Assembly (NCBI RefSeq): GCF_009834535.1
Contig: NC_045696.1
Span: 100,318,001-100,382,000 of the forward strand
DNA: 64,000 bases
Direction: 5' to 3'
From: Camelus ferus
Taxonomy: Eukaryota
Part shown: positions 13,851 to 26,119 of the stretch, piece by piece
How positions within the stretch are numbered: position 1 is the stretch's first letter
How the letters are laid out: each line of letters starts with the position of its first letter
Made by a program: the position numbers and the translations under genes
The notes under the pieces: model-generated
Told to the model about the DNA's origin: nothing
Seen by the model: only the letters and a program-made list of their open reading frames with translations
The model's database searches: none

Positions 13851-14229
13851 GGGGAATATCATATCCATGCACAATTATTTACCCTTGTTACCTCAAATTT
13901 GCATTATTAAATGATGCAGAAACCATTTTTATAGTTAATTTGGCTTGGTTTAATTTCCCCCAAGAGCTGAGTTAAATAGCATGAATCTATAAGAAGGAAA
14001 AATGCTGACAGTCTAATAACTTTTTATGCAGAATGTTTATGTTTTTAAAAGTGAAACTCAGACTTTTGGTTAAGTCTTAATTGATGTTATTGACATGTTT
14101 TGATGTCTGTATCTGGTACCATAAGAACTCAGAAACACTAGCTGGCTATCTCTGCCTCCTTGCATTAATTTATTAGAAGTATATCATTCAAAAATTTTAT
14201 AAAATAGTGTAAAATAACAAGTTCCAAGT

Positions 14230-14500
14230 CATTCTGCCCCTCTCTGGTTCCTGCTTAGTTTTTACTGTGATTGTGAGCTGATTTTTCAGGCTACCACAGA
14301 GCTAGAGAGTAGAACAGAAAGAGGGCAAGTTAAAATGCCACAGAGCTTTACTGATGTTCAGCCACATATCTTGAATAAATTCCCTTCAGATTGCTACAGA
14401 CCTTTGGTTAATTTCCAGAGTTCTGACAATGTTTGCCAGTCCCGCATTGCTTTAATGGAGGAGAGAATTTGCAGCATTCTCACACCATCATTCTCACTGA
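14230..14500 (-). mobile_element. Old L1M 5' region relic
   Basis: ggttaatttccagagttctga..tttgccagt..ggaggagagaattt pattern. Confidence 0.5.
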
Positions 14501-16086
14501 TTTCATATCTCTAAAATAAATTTTATGAGAGTATAAATTCTCAGTTTCTAACACTGGAGTCAATATGAAGAAGCTAAAAGAGGATGCTGGGACTTTGCAT
14601 GCTTAAAGCCATCTGGATACTAGTCCTAGGAAAGAGTATCTTAATGGTGTTTTAAAAAAAATCTTAGATCTTCTTCCATTCTCCAGTATCAACCCAGAAT
14701 GTGTTTTGAAGTCTCTTCTTCATTCACTCTTAGACCAGGATGCTTGCAGCTTGTGTCATTCCTGGACTCAGGTGTGTGTACATGGACCAGGCACCTGCAG
14801 TGACCATAAGGGCCCAACAGGGAGACTGGCCTACAAGTGACAGTCATGATTTTTAAAAGAAACTTCAGGTGGACTCCTTTCCAAATTTTGGCACCAACAA
14901 GCAGGAATTTCTAGGGTAGGAAATGCACTATATTTTACCTTGTGGGTTAAAATGGAGCCTCTTTTATCTTCCCCTACTCCTGTGTTGTATATCAGCATGT
15001 TCAGGTCTGGTAACTTCTTTGAAATATCAAGGTTTTTTTTCCTAAAATTATGAAATCCAAAAACTTCACATGCATATAAAGCTGAAAATTCACTTCATTT
15101 CTAGCACTCTAAGATAGGTGTTTATTTTGACAGTGGGAGGCAAAAACTGTATTTACAATTTTATGATTTATCTAAACATGTCATGTACCTGATATGCAAA
15201 AATGTTAATAGGGAGTGTTCTTTTTGTATAGTAAGTTCAGGTGTGGCAAAGGTTTAGAATAAATAAAATAATATTCTGAATGATTTGGTTTGAAAAACTG
15301 TGTCACAATATTTAATAAATAACATTGCTAATTATATTTTAAGGGCAAAATTTGAACTTCCAAAGACATTCCTTGTTTTTAGCAATAATTTTGATATTTT
15401 TCATACAGCCTTAATGAACTGAAGTCATCCAATTTAATCTTGATTAATTGCAACATTCCAAATGCTAAGAATTTGCAACTCTTCTAGAGTCCTTGAAAAT
15501 GAACTCTGGTATTTCTCATTTGTAATACACTTTAGTTTTGACTACTGCATGGTTAAAGCACCTGTGAACTTCTCTAAGACTAAGGTTGAATTTTTCTAGC
15601 AGGTTTTTGTATGTCTGGATTCATTTTCCAGTATTACATCTGGTACATTATTGGAAAGACTGAACACAGGGTAACTTTTACAAATGCTACTAGAATATTT
15701 CCCCATTCTGAACCTTATGTATAAGTTCCCCTCCCAAGACTTCTTTAGTCACCTTGAGGCCAACTCAGGATAGGAATCAAGAAAAACAGGCTGCAAGATA
15801 TTCTTGGCCTAGAAAGTGAAAACCTGAGGATAAACATGAAGTTTCTATCATCACATGCAAGGAAAATACACAGTGCTCACTGAGGCTGCTTTTCCAGACT
15901 TTCTCATCTGAACCACAAACTTTTTGGCCTTCTGGTTTATAGTTTAGTACTTTCAGCCAAAGAACAGTATATTTATTTTGAAAGGAGAAAATGTACTTCA
16001 TTGTGTAGAAAAAAAGAGAGAACTAAAATGGACTCGGTTTTACAACTGTTATAGGTGCTTTTGTGTTTCTTACTCTAAATTGGTCT

Positions 16087-17117
16087 TGTCTTAGTCCGTT
16101 CAGGCTGCTATAAAACATGTAATAGGCTGAGTGGCTTATAAAAAACAGAAATTTATTTGTCACATATCTGGAGGCTGGAAGTCCAAGATGAGGGTACTAG
16201 AAGGGTCAGGTTAAGGGCCCTCTTTCTGGTTCACAGTCAGGGCCTTCTCACTGTGCCCTCACATGGTGGAAGGGGCTGGGGATTCTGTGGGGTCTCTTTT
16301 ATAAGAACACTAATCCTGTTCATGAAGGCTCCAACGTACTGGCTTAAGCACTTCCCAAAGGCCCCACCTTCTAATACTGTTAGAGCAGGCAAATAGCTAG
16401 ATATGAGCAGAGAAAGGGGGATGCAGGCCAAATGGTAGGAATTGGGCAGAAAGGAGGAGCACAGGCCAAATACAGGAAACCATGTATCATGTAAGCAACA
16501 GGGGTGTCTGGACAGAGAAAGAAAAGCAGGAGCCTCTGGGCTGATAAGCAGTCACACATTTTGGGGTGACAAATGGCCTGGAGGCTGACAAAAAAAAAGT
16601 GGGAAAAGGCAGGAATCTCCAGTGTCCTAATGTATCCTTTTGCTCATTATGCCCTCATTTCAAAAAAAAAAAAAAAAATCAGCTTTGCAGATTAGAAGTA
16701 CCCATCATGCTTCGATGCTGTGACACTTCTGATCCAGACTAAATAGGGACAAAAATCCTTCCTCCTTTTGGGAAGGCGGAATTGGGATAAAAATCAGGGA
16801 ATATGACTCCAAACCCTTCCCTCCCCAATGAATATTCTGCCCATTCATTTTTACACTCTGTGTAACCAACTTGCCAAAGAAACTCAGGGCAGTCACTCAC
16901 CCAAGCCTGCCTGCTCTCCCCTTGAGAGTGTACTAACTATCCCTTAATAAAACCTCACTTTACTTTCTTAACCCCCACGTCTTGTTTCTGAATTCTTCCT
17001 GGGATGGGAAAAGAACCTAGACACCGGCTACATCACCAGAAACAATACCATTATCTTTGGAGGTTAGGATTTCAACATATGAATTTTAGGGGACACAAAC
17101 CTTCAGACCCTTATAGT
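16087..17117 (-). mobile_element. MLT1A/B MaLR LTR split by an ERV1 LTR
   Basis: tgtcttagtccgttcaggctgctat ... ccccaccttctaatac [insertion] cattatctttggaggttaggatttcaacatatgaattttaggggacaca. Confidence 0.9.
16378..17044 (+). mobile_element. ERV1 solo LTR (667 bp)
   Basis: TGTTAGAGCAGG..CAGAAACA, aataaa near 16946, TSD ATAC (16374-16377 / 17045-17048). Confidence 0.95.
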
Positions 17118-17377
17118 TACTTACCTACTGACTAGTAAATTCACCTATTGTATAAAACACTTGGCATCCATGGAAACTATGTTATATTGAGCAAATAAGA
17201 ATAAACTTTGGTCTCTGGATATCAGCTTAAATAGATGTAATGAATATTTTTCTCACAAATGGGAGCAAATCTTTCAGAGTATAAGCTTCTCTACAATTTT
17301 AACATAATTGCAAAGCACTCTTACACAATTTTTATTGACATTTATGCCATTTTGACTGCAAACTTCTATTCTTCAAG

Positions 17378-17550
17378 TGTGCTAGTAAACTAGCTCTCTG
17401 GGAGAAAAAAACAACCAGGAAATCTGATTTGTAGCACTTGTCAGTTTTCAGATTCTAAATGCTCCTACCACTGTTGATTTCAAATACCGATGCAGTTGGG
17501 AAGTACACAGATGGCTATCTAGAACCAGTATAAGTGGGCTACAGAACACT
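17378..17550. mobile_element. MER63-like hAT relic
   Basis: gtgtgctagtaaa..ctgatttgtagca..gatttcaa..agaaccagta..cagaacacta. Confidence 0.5.
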
Positions 17551-18676
17551 ATTCTATCAATTCTTACTATCTTTTTCCTGAGCCCAATATTATTACAAAC
17601 TCTCTCTTCTGTGACTCTCTCAGAAAACTTGGAACTGACCTGAATCTACCACCTTGAAGCTAGACTGGAATGTCTTTTAACCCATACTTCTGTGGAGACC
17701 TGGGAACCAGCTAGATCCACTCTGATTTGCAGGATGTAGTTCCTGGCCACACTAACTGGTTTGCAAGAGGAAAGGGGACTATGTGTGTCTATATTCACAT
17801 CTTGTGGATAAATGTATTTTTATTTCTTTTCATCTAATAAACCCTCCGTAATACAAACCGGTGAAATTTTAATCAACGAAGATAAGGTGTACATTTATTC
17901 ACATAAGAGGTCAACCATCCCTGGATTAGGTGAACTAGAGTTATCAGATAATGGTGGTAAACCCCCAACTGTAGACTACACACTTGGGGGTTTATTCATT
18001 AGTAGTTTCTTAAATGTTGTTAGTGTTCTTATCTACATTTTTTGAACCTGTTTCTAAATTGCTCACAGATTGCAAAAGCACTAATTGGTAATGCTCCTTT
18101 TTTTGGTTCATTGCCTCCTATGTTCTCTGGCAATTGTTGGTATTGGTTAAAACGTGAACGTACTAAAAATGTGGTTTTTAACAAATGTAAATTAAGTGTG
18201 TTTCCTTAATTTGGGAGCCTATTATAAACTGTTACAACATCAGTGACTCCTGGTATTAAACTAGCCTAGATTAAATTTTACAGCAATTACTGAATTTAAA
18301 TTTTAGCATAGCAAGCAAATGACTAGATGGCCAGGTGAAAACAATGCCTGTTGAATTGTAACTAAAGAAAACATGTTTCAGAATTGACCACTTCCTCTCT
18401 GTTATAAATATGCATAGATATGAATAATTGGGTATATACCTAGAATATGAAATATACCTAGGAGTCAAGTGCACTGGATATAGAATCAGAAGTTATATTT
18501 CACTTTTGAATGTTTACAAGGATATAAATCAGTTATCTGCATTAAATGGGTGTAGCTCTTTGTGTGCGTATGTGTGTGTGTTCTTGAGCTGGATTAAGAG
18601 GAGCAGCGGTAGAATCAAAGTGAATTAAAAATGTCAGAATAGACCTAACGACCTTCATTTTGTAATTCTTCTTTAG

Positions 18677-18826
18677 TACCTTTAGATGCTTCTACATTAT
18701 ATGTTAGTGATTCGTGTGAGAGTTGTCTCTTCTGAGTTCAAGTTAGATATGTGAAGCCTGGAGAACCTGGGGAGTTCCTGAAACTGGAGAATTATCAATA
18801 TACTAGGAAATAGGACTGAGAAGACA
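18677..18826 (+). pseudogene. Candidate dynein pseudo-exon (N-terminal region)
   Basis: Acceptor ttcttctttag. Reads PLDASTLYVSDSCESCLF*VQVRYVKPGEPGEFLKLENYQY, compared with recalled DNAH2 LVYFIRQAPVPITWENFE. Confidence 0.35.
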
Positions 18827-19147
18827 GTAATATAAATCCTGAAAGGAGAAAGATAAGGGGATTTGAGTAATTTTCCAAAAGCAATCCTTATGGAAAATTA
18901 AAAGATCTTCATTTTAAAAGGAAGAAGCACACAAATATTGGAAATTCTATCCAAAAGTTACAGTGCAGAACACTTTAAGGAATGTTTTAAGGGATCATTT
19001 ATCCTTTTGAGTCTCTGAATTTTTCTTCAAATAATACCATCTGACTAGCTTTTTAACATTTTTTTTTTTTTTTTGGTATGGATACAATGGAAAAGAAATG
19101 TATAATTTTATGTAGTTGGCCATTTCTTGTTCTACCCCAAGTACTTT

Positions 19148-19795
19148 TGTCGCCGACAGATGCAACCGGTGTTCCAGGTTCTTGTCCCATCCCAGAAAGA
19201 ATTCAGAGACAAGACTTAGAGGATAGATAGTAAACTCTCAGGGGAGAGCGGGCAGGCTCAGGCGAGCAGCTGCCCTGAAGTACCCAGTTTGGGTACTGTT
19301 AGTTACATAAGGTGTAACTTTGGCAAGTTAGTTACATAAGGTGTAAAAATGAATGGGCGGAATATTCACTGGGGAGGGAAGGGTTTGGGGTCGTATTCCC
19401 TGATTATCATCCCAACTCCACCTTCCCAAAGGGAGGAGGGATTTTTGTCCTTATTTAGTCTGGATCAGAAGTGTCATGGCGTCGGTGCATGATGGGTACT
19501 TCTGATCTGCAAGGCTAATTTTATTGAAATGAGGGCATAATGAGTAAAAGGTTACATTCGGACACTGGAAATTCCTGCCTTTTCTGACCTTTCTTTGTTG
19601 GTCTCCAGGCCAAAAGGTGTGGCCCTTATCAGCCCAAAGATTCCAGCTTTTCTTTCTCTGCCCAGGGATCCCTGCTGCTCACATGATGTGTGGTTTCCTG
19701 CATTTGGCCTGTGCCCCTCCTTTCTGCCCAATTCCTGCCATTTGGTCTGTGTCCCCCTTTCTCTGCTCATATCTAGCTATCTGCCTGCTCTAACA
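19148..19795 (-). mobile_element. ERV1 solo LTR (648 bp), same family as 16378-17044
   Basis: Reverse complement starts TGTTAGAGCAGGCAGATAGCTAGATATGAGCAG. TSD CTTT (19144-19147 / 19796-19799). Confidence 0.95.
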
Positions 19796-19909
19796 CTTTG
19801 ACTTGAGAAGGTCATGCATACCTGCTCGTAATCCTTCTCCAGTTACAATGAGTGCCAGGCTGATTACTTCATGCATGTGTCCTGTTTCCCTTCTCTCTTG
19901 TCTCTTTAG

Positions 19910-19956
19910 GTTCCATTGATTTTTCATGCCTTATTGTGCTTTGGTTTGAAAAATGC
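19910..19956 (+). pseudogene. Candidate pseudo-exon with strong splice sites
   Basis: Acceptor ttctctcttgtctctttag and donor gtaagt. Reads VPLIFHALLCFGLKN, compared with APQIFAN..W in DNAH2 from memory. Confidence 0.35.
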
Positions 19957-20107
19957 GTAAGTAAGTTTATTTGTGGAGCTATTACCCTTTCTTTTCCTTC
20001 TTTTCTTTGATATCTTTTTTGTTCTTTCTTTTTTTAAAGCTAGAAATCTACCTATTTAGTTTTGCAACAACTTTACGAATATCAATGTAATAAAATCAAG
20101 TTAATAG

Positions 20108-20286
20108 CCTTATGGAGAGTACTGGATCATAAAATGGGGAAGCACTTAGAGCCATTAATTAGCCTGCTTTTGGCTTAAAAAGCATCTCCTGTAACCATTT
20201 TGAGTGATGCAGTACAATCAGCAAAGGGCAAGGCAGAATCTTCTGACTGGAAGATTCTAGCTGGCTTCAATGATGATTCTTAACAG
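20108..20286 (+). pseudogene. Candidate pseudo-exon, start of DHC_N1
   Basis: KHLEPLIS / FWLKK / VTILSDAVQSAKGKAESSDWK with frameshifts fits the LE..I.W..QI..L...GP.AE..FW pattern. Confidence 0.4.
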
Positions 20287-22410
20287 GTAGTGGTCCTCAA
20301 TCTTGGATGCACAACCTGGAATGCTTTTAAAATTCCAATTGCCAGACTTGTGGTTTCTGCTTTGGAAAGCAGAGAGCTGGGAAGAGTGTCCCACATATCC
20401 TCACAACAAAAAGAGATGAAAAAACCGTAAGTTTATAGCTTTTCTTGAACTCAACGTATAAAAAGAGACAAGTGTTTGCAGGGATAGACAGAAGCTGAGC
20501 ATTGCTTAGTTGGGGCAGATGCAGTAAGAAGGAAGAATAAGTAAGGAGAACTCAGCTACAAGAGATGACAGATTGGTGGAAGGTAAGTGAGGGTTGGCAA
20601 GACACTGTGGAGCCAGATAAAGGGGACAATCTCATTGCCTTGCACATTGTTCTCCACAGATCCCAGCAGGTCCAGAAAGATTGGTGAGAATTCTGATAAC
20701 ACATTTCTGATGGCACAAGTCTGAAAGGAGGGAAAGGGCCACTAGCTACTGTATGATGGTACAAAATTGTCCCTAGTTTCTTCTCCACTATATGTCTTAT
20801 AGAAAAAGAGACTTAATCTTTTTTAAGTTACTAATGAAAACACACTGCAGATAGGGGAGGAGAACAGAAAAAAAAAAAAAAGCTATCACTGGGAGAAGAG
20901 GTGAGGATAGCTGGGAGGGAAGCAGAAGGATTGGGAAGTCCACACCCCAAAAGCCCAGTGACACAGTGGCTTCCTGAGACTGAATCTAAAGGTCTAAAGT
21001 AGAACAAAATAGAACACCACCAGCCCCCATGCCCTCCACCACCAGATCAACAAGGTCAAGGAACAAGTAAGACTGGAATACTGCTAGAAGTGTTGCAAGA
21101 ACATAAAGACAGACCCAATCTAAGGCATAATATAAAAAGAAGACATAAAGCTGATTGTGGGTAAGATACTGAAAACCCTTCCGGCTGACTAGCTCCCACC
21201 CTCAAGCTACTACTAGAGAAATTTAAAGCAATACGGGTCACTAAGGGTAACCATAGCTACAATAAACATTAAACCCAGACTAACCTCTGACTTGATTAAA
21301 GTAAACCTAGTGTATGGAAAGAAGTGCTCACGTCCAGGCATAAACCTATACTCAGCCTATACTATCTTTCACAGCCGGCCATTTTTAACAAAACATTATG
21401 ATGCATAAAAAAGGCAAGAAGAAAAAACACACTGCCAAAAAACAAATAATCAGTGTACTTATTAATTATAACATAGATATCAAAACTATCGACAGAATCT
21501 AAAATAAGAATGTGTGCCATTTTAAAAGTTTTAATAAAAAAGTTGAACAGCATGCAAGGTGCTATGTAAACTTTCAGCTGTGAGATGATAAAGAAACAGC
21601 AGTGCTAGATATGACACTCAGAGGTGGACAATGTCTTTGGCTCATTAGTAGACTCAACACAGATGAAGACGGAATCAATTAACTTGAAGTTAAGCCAACA
21701 GAAATTACGCTAACTGAAACACACAACCAACCAGTGGTGTCAGGGGCTGAAGGTTGGGGGGAGGGATGGCCAGAAAAGAACAGTAGAAGGAAGAATTGTG
21801 GACGATTAAACTGGTCTGGATCAGTGACTCTAGCAGTGGAAATGTGATTCCATGCATATGTGAAGACCCACAGAGGAGTATACCACAAGTAGTGAGGTTT
21901 TCTCTTTGTAAATTAAAAGTGAAAAATTAAAAGGAAAAAAATCATTCTGATTTCCAGACAATTAAATGAGTATCTCTGCGAATGGGATCTTGGCATTAAT
22001 CTGATGATTTCAAGATGGATCTAAAATAGAAAACCTCTGCCTGAGTTGCCATTTATCTTGGTGAACTTATTACTTTATATGCATTAGTTCTGAAACTGTA
22101 CTATCCATTGGAGTCACTGGGGATCTTTATAAAATATTGCTGTCAACCTCTCATCCCAAGGCAGTCTGATTTAATTTGCAAGATATGGTATGGCTATGAG
22201 GAATTTCTACAATTCTCCACAAGATCCTAATGTGTAGCAAAGTTTGTGAACCACTGGTCTAGAGCAGTGATTACCAAACTTTCGCCTGCATCAGAATCAT
22301 CTGAAAGGCTTGTTAAAACACAGATTACTGGGCCCCAGTCCCAGAGATTTTGATTCAGTAGATCTGGGCTAAAGTGTGAGAGTGTGCATTACTAATAAGT
22401 TCTCAGATAG
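20287..22410. mobile_element. Cluster of MER5 relics with an inserted old L1M 5'/ORF1 segment (about 20345-21760, +)
   Basis: MER5 motifs at 20287-20345, 21940-22040, 22085-22260 and 22265-22410. L1 ORF1-like text (ctcattagtagactcaacacag..aacttgaag..cagaaatta) at about 21640-21720. Confidence 0.7.
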
Positions 22411-22414
22411 CACC

Positions 22415-22535
22415 ACTATTTACAATAGCCACGACATGGAAACAACCTAAACGTCCGTCAACAGATGACTGGATAAAGATGTGGTAGATATAGATATAGA
22501 TATAGATACATAGATATATATATAGATATAGATTT
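22415..22535 (+). repeat. Short L1 fragment followed by (TAGATA)n
   Basis: ctatttacaatagccacgacatggaaacaacctaa matches L1 40015-40050; hexamer repeat at 22484-22532. Confidence 0.85.
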
Positions 22536-24294
22536 CTCAGAAGGTAGACTTGCTTACCTAGCTGCATGAGAATTTATTAGTTCACAATTAAAAATACAAG
22601 AGTACAAAGGCAGATCAGTATATCAAGGCCAGCAAATTTCTCTGTAGTATGGAAAGTCACAGGAGGCCAACCTATCAGAAGATGGCTTAATGAATGAGAA
22701 ACATGATGAAAGAGTTCAAGTGATTTTACTAAGTGTCTCTCAGATTCTGATTGGGTGTCTTGTTTCTACTTAGTGCAATGCATCCCTCTTGGGCATAGCT
22801 TGTCATGAGTCTGCAGTCAGCCGGCCCTCCCTCATCCAAACAACTGTTATCAAAAAGGTGAGGTCACTTATTACAGAGATTATTGGTGGTTTCCTCCAAA
22901 GGCTGGTGTGATTGTGAGCAGCCAAGCATCAAAGGCTCCTCTTCAGTATAAAAAACCCCAGATGAAAATAAATAATGTTGTTAAAGAGCTTGTGATAAGG
23001 TCAAGCATCTAGCAGAATAAAGCCAAGAGTAAATGAAAGAGTGCTTACCCTCAGCGTTTAAAAAATTTAATTTTTAATTCATCATGACATAGGTAAAGAA
23101 AAGAAAAAAATGACCTGCATATCTCTCTGTATTTGCATATTCTAATGCATCTTTACTTTCTAAATGAAAAGGACGGAGAGAGGACTCTGTTTGATATATA
23201 AGTGAACGTTCTTCAACCAGGTTAGTGCTTCTATAATTAAGTATTTACAAAGTAAACGGAGGTTTTCCTTCTTTTGACGGGAAAATCAGTATGAGCATTT
23301 CTATGTTTGGGGTCAGAGTGACATGGCCTGAGGGAAATGTCTAAGCCAAAGGCCCAAATTATTTAGAAGAATTGTGGTACTTTAAGAGCATTAGCAGATA
23401 TTAAGTTTGCGGCCATAAACAATAACCTTGATGACTGATCTGCAGAATTTATTTATGCACACATATTTAATGTGTTTTAGAATCAAATTACATTTTAATT
23501 TTATCGTATTTTTCTATCAAAATCAACACAGCCATGAACTGATGCTTGATTACCATAAAATAAACATGTAAACTTCAAAGTATTACTCTTTAAACAGCCA
23601 AACAGGGCTTTTGGAGGGACAAAATAAAAGTGTATTACAGTCTCATTAAATCATACTGTGCAAAGAAACTGATAGCCTTCCCTGGTTACATATTGGCCAC
23701 AAATACTGGCAAAGATTTTTAGCCTGGCTACACAGTATAACTACCAATCCTCCCCCCTCCTCTGCCCCTCCATTCTCTAATTGATTTGGATAATACCTGA
23801 GCATTACTGTTTTTTATCATGAAAATGTTCTTTAATGAGAGGGAAAAAAACCTCAGTTAATATTTAAAAGACAGTTAATTACTTTATTTGCAAATGCAAA
23901 TTGTATTGTAATATGCAAAGGACACCCCTGACTTCCCAGCCACTGTGATTCAGAAACCATTTAGAACTTGTGTGTCCTCCTGGTTCCAACTGGCATATTT
24001 ATGAATTGGCAAAGACATATATTTATGAATTTTCAAATGCCCAAGGGCTACTATGGTGCACCACACACAGAGTAACAATGAGGCTTCAACATCTGGACCT
24101 GGAAAAGACAGCCTGAGGCAACACAGGAAGGATTAGATAAGGTCAGCTGTGCCCATCTATCACCGTCATCCCATTGTAAGTCTCAAGGTTTCTTTTGTTG
24201 CAAAGAATTAGTAATATTTGATAATTATTGAAATATGACTATTAATATAAGGGAAAACTTAAGTCCTTAAAATATTTCTTGATTAGTTCTTTAG

Positions 24295-24435
24295 ATTAAG
24301 CAGACCCATGGGACTGATTGGTTTGCACACAGTTCTTGGTACATTGAGGATAATGAATTGTCCAGCTTGTGGCTATTTGGAGAAACCATGAAAAGCATTC
24401 AGTTCCACAGTCAGGAACTGCTCTGTAAGGACAAG
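24295..24435 (+). pseudogene. DHC_N1 pseudo-exon
   Basis: IEDN (24343) followed by frameshifted YLEKP*KAFSST (24374), compared with EAKDNVKYLYTLEK..LYSS. Flanked by ttctttag and gtgaag. Confidence 0.5.
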
Positions 24436-24577
24436 GTGAAGTTTTAGGGCTCAATTCTGTATCATAACATCGCCAATAGGCTAGCATTAAAAAAATGCAG
24501 AATTGGAATTGTCACTCAAGGAAGTTCCTTCTCTTCTTTTCCCTATGTTATGACAAAATTCTGTGTTTTTTATTTAG

Positions 24578-24851
24578 CTGTAAGAACTCTCTGCGAGGCC
24601 TATAGAACGAGCACATAACCAGCTGAACAGGAGTCAGCAGTTAACCACAAACAATCTTCCAATACCTTTCACAGTAATGGAATTGCCAATGTTTCCCTGG
24701 AGCACATTTTGCAGATGCAAGATTGTTTCAACGGTGTGATCTACAGCATCTGAGTAATAATAACCTGAAGAGAATAATACTTCACAATGCAATGGCAGCC
24801 TCCATCTGGTACTCAGTTCCCCAAAGCCTGGCAGAAGCAAGGGAAAAACAG
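24578..24851 (+). pseudogene. DHC_N1 pseudo-exon
   Basis: Acceptor ttttttatttag. Reads SQQLTT / IFQYLSQ / NVSLEHILQ..SI*VIIT*RE*YF, compared with ERLTSLFRKMSN..AISLDRIF..AWKDHY; a TGA occupies the conserved Trp position. Confidence 0.6.
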
Positions 24852-25057
24852 GTGTAGCTCCAATTTAATACGTAACAGCTTGTGGACTAAGAATTCTCTT
24901 ATTTTCTATTGCAAATACACAGAATGCTTTGTGGCAGGTATCTTTAATCTTACAGCTCAAAGACTGTGGTGTCAGTGTCAGAAGCAGTCACAGAAATATC
25001 TTGGGTAGTTGAATGTTTTTTTACAGAGTACAAAGAATTCACAGGAAGGTGATGGAT

Positions 25058-25151
25058 GGGGAGGTACAGCTCAGCGGTAGACCGTGCGCTTAGCATGCAG
25101 GAGGTCCTGGATTCAATCCCCAGTGCCTCCATTAAATAAAACAAACAAACA
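25058..25151 (+). mobile_element. tRNA-Ala(AGC)-derived simple SINE (vic-1-like, camelid type)
   Basis: GGGGAGGTACAGCTCAGCGGTAGACCGTGCGCTTAGCATGCAGGAGGTCCTGGATTCAATCCCCAGTGCCTCCA with A and B boxes, an A-rich tail, and TSD AAGGTGATGGA (25046-25056) / AAGGTGATAGA (25152-25162). Confidence 0.9.
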
Positions 25152-26119
25152 AAGGTGATAGAAAACACAGTGAGTTCTGTGTGTATGTATGTGTATGCCT
25201 GTACGTGCAGTGTATAATATAATTCTTGGTTTGAGTGTCAGTACTGCTTTGTGAAAATCCTAGCAGGGAGAGGAACATACCTGAGGATTCCACAGTCACT
25301 TTCACCATGGCCACACGGTAGTCAAACAACTGTCATGGGCTCCTGGTGGCAGGGTGGATAAAAGAACTGCAACACATTTGACCTATAGCACATATCCAAC
25401 TGATACACCAAACCTATGGGTTGCAGAAACACAATACACAAAACAAAAAGCTTGTGACTGTATCAGGGAAGATGGGGCTCGGTCTGAGGCCTTGAGACAG
25501 AAATTTCCTGCAAATAACAGCCATAGCTTCAAATGAAAGCATGGAAGTCTTCCCAGATGCCCAGTGTAGAATGGACCACTGTCATGAGATAGTTTTTCTA
25601 TCCCATTTGCATACAGATATTCTAGCAAAGTCAATACTATCCAAGGATAAATTCAGATATGGGGCCATAGGAAGCTTTTGTAATTTGGGGTCTCTTCCTT
25701 AAAAAAAATACACAACTTTTGAAAACTAAAATAGTTCCTTAGTGAACACATTCTCAGACCCTCTCACAGCCTTGGAGGAGCCTGTAAAAACTGAGGGGCT
25801 CTGAAATGTAAGCCTCACTGGCTTCATGCTAATTCTAATTCTGGTACCACCACCTTGGAAAATGACTTCCTTCCTGGCTTACAGAATCTTCAGCCAAGTG
25901 AAGTACCGAGGTAAAAACTATGCTTTATTTTAATAAACCATGAATATGGTAATATATATTTTTAAATTATTTAAAAATTTTAAAAGTGATTAGTTCCCAG
26001 TAGCCTATGGTACTTGGGAGAAAGACAGGAAGCACAAGATACACAGTGGTGAAGCAATAACAAACTAACTTTAGCAATGTTCTTATAGCTATGTGTTTGC
26101 AGTCATAAACAGTAAAACT

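Noticed and set aside
24634..24840. Minus-strand exon-like ORF (GYYYSDAVDHTVETILHLQ..)
   Set aside because: It has plausible splice sites but no recognisable product; the + strand carries DHC_N1 motifs in the expected order.
25058..25131. Functional tRNA-Ala gene
   Set aside because: Imperfect stems, an A-rich tail and a TSD indicate a retroposed SINE.
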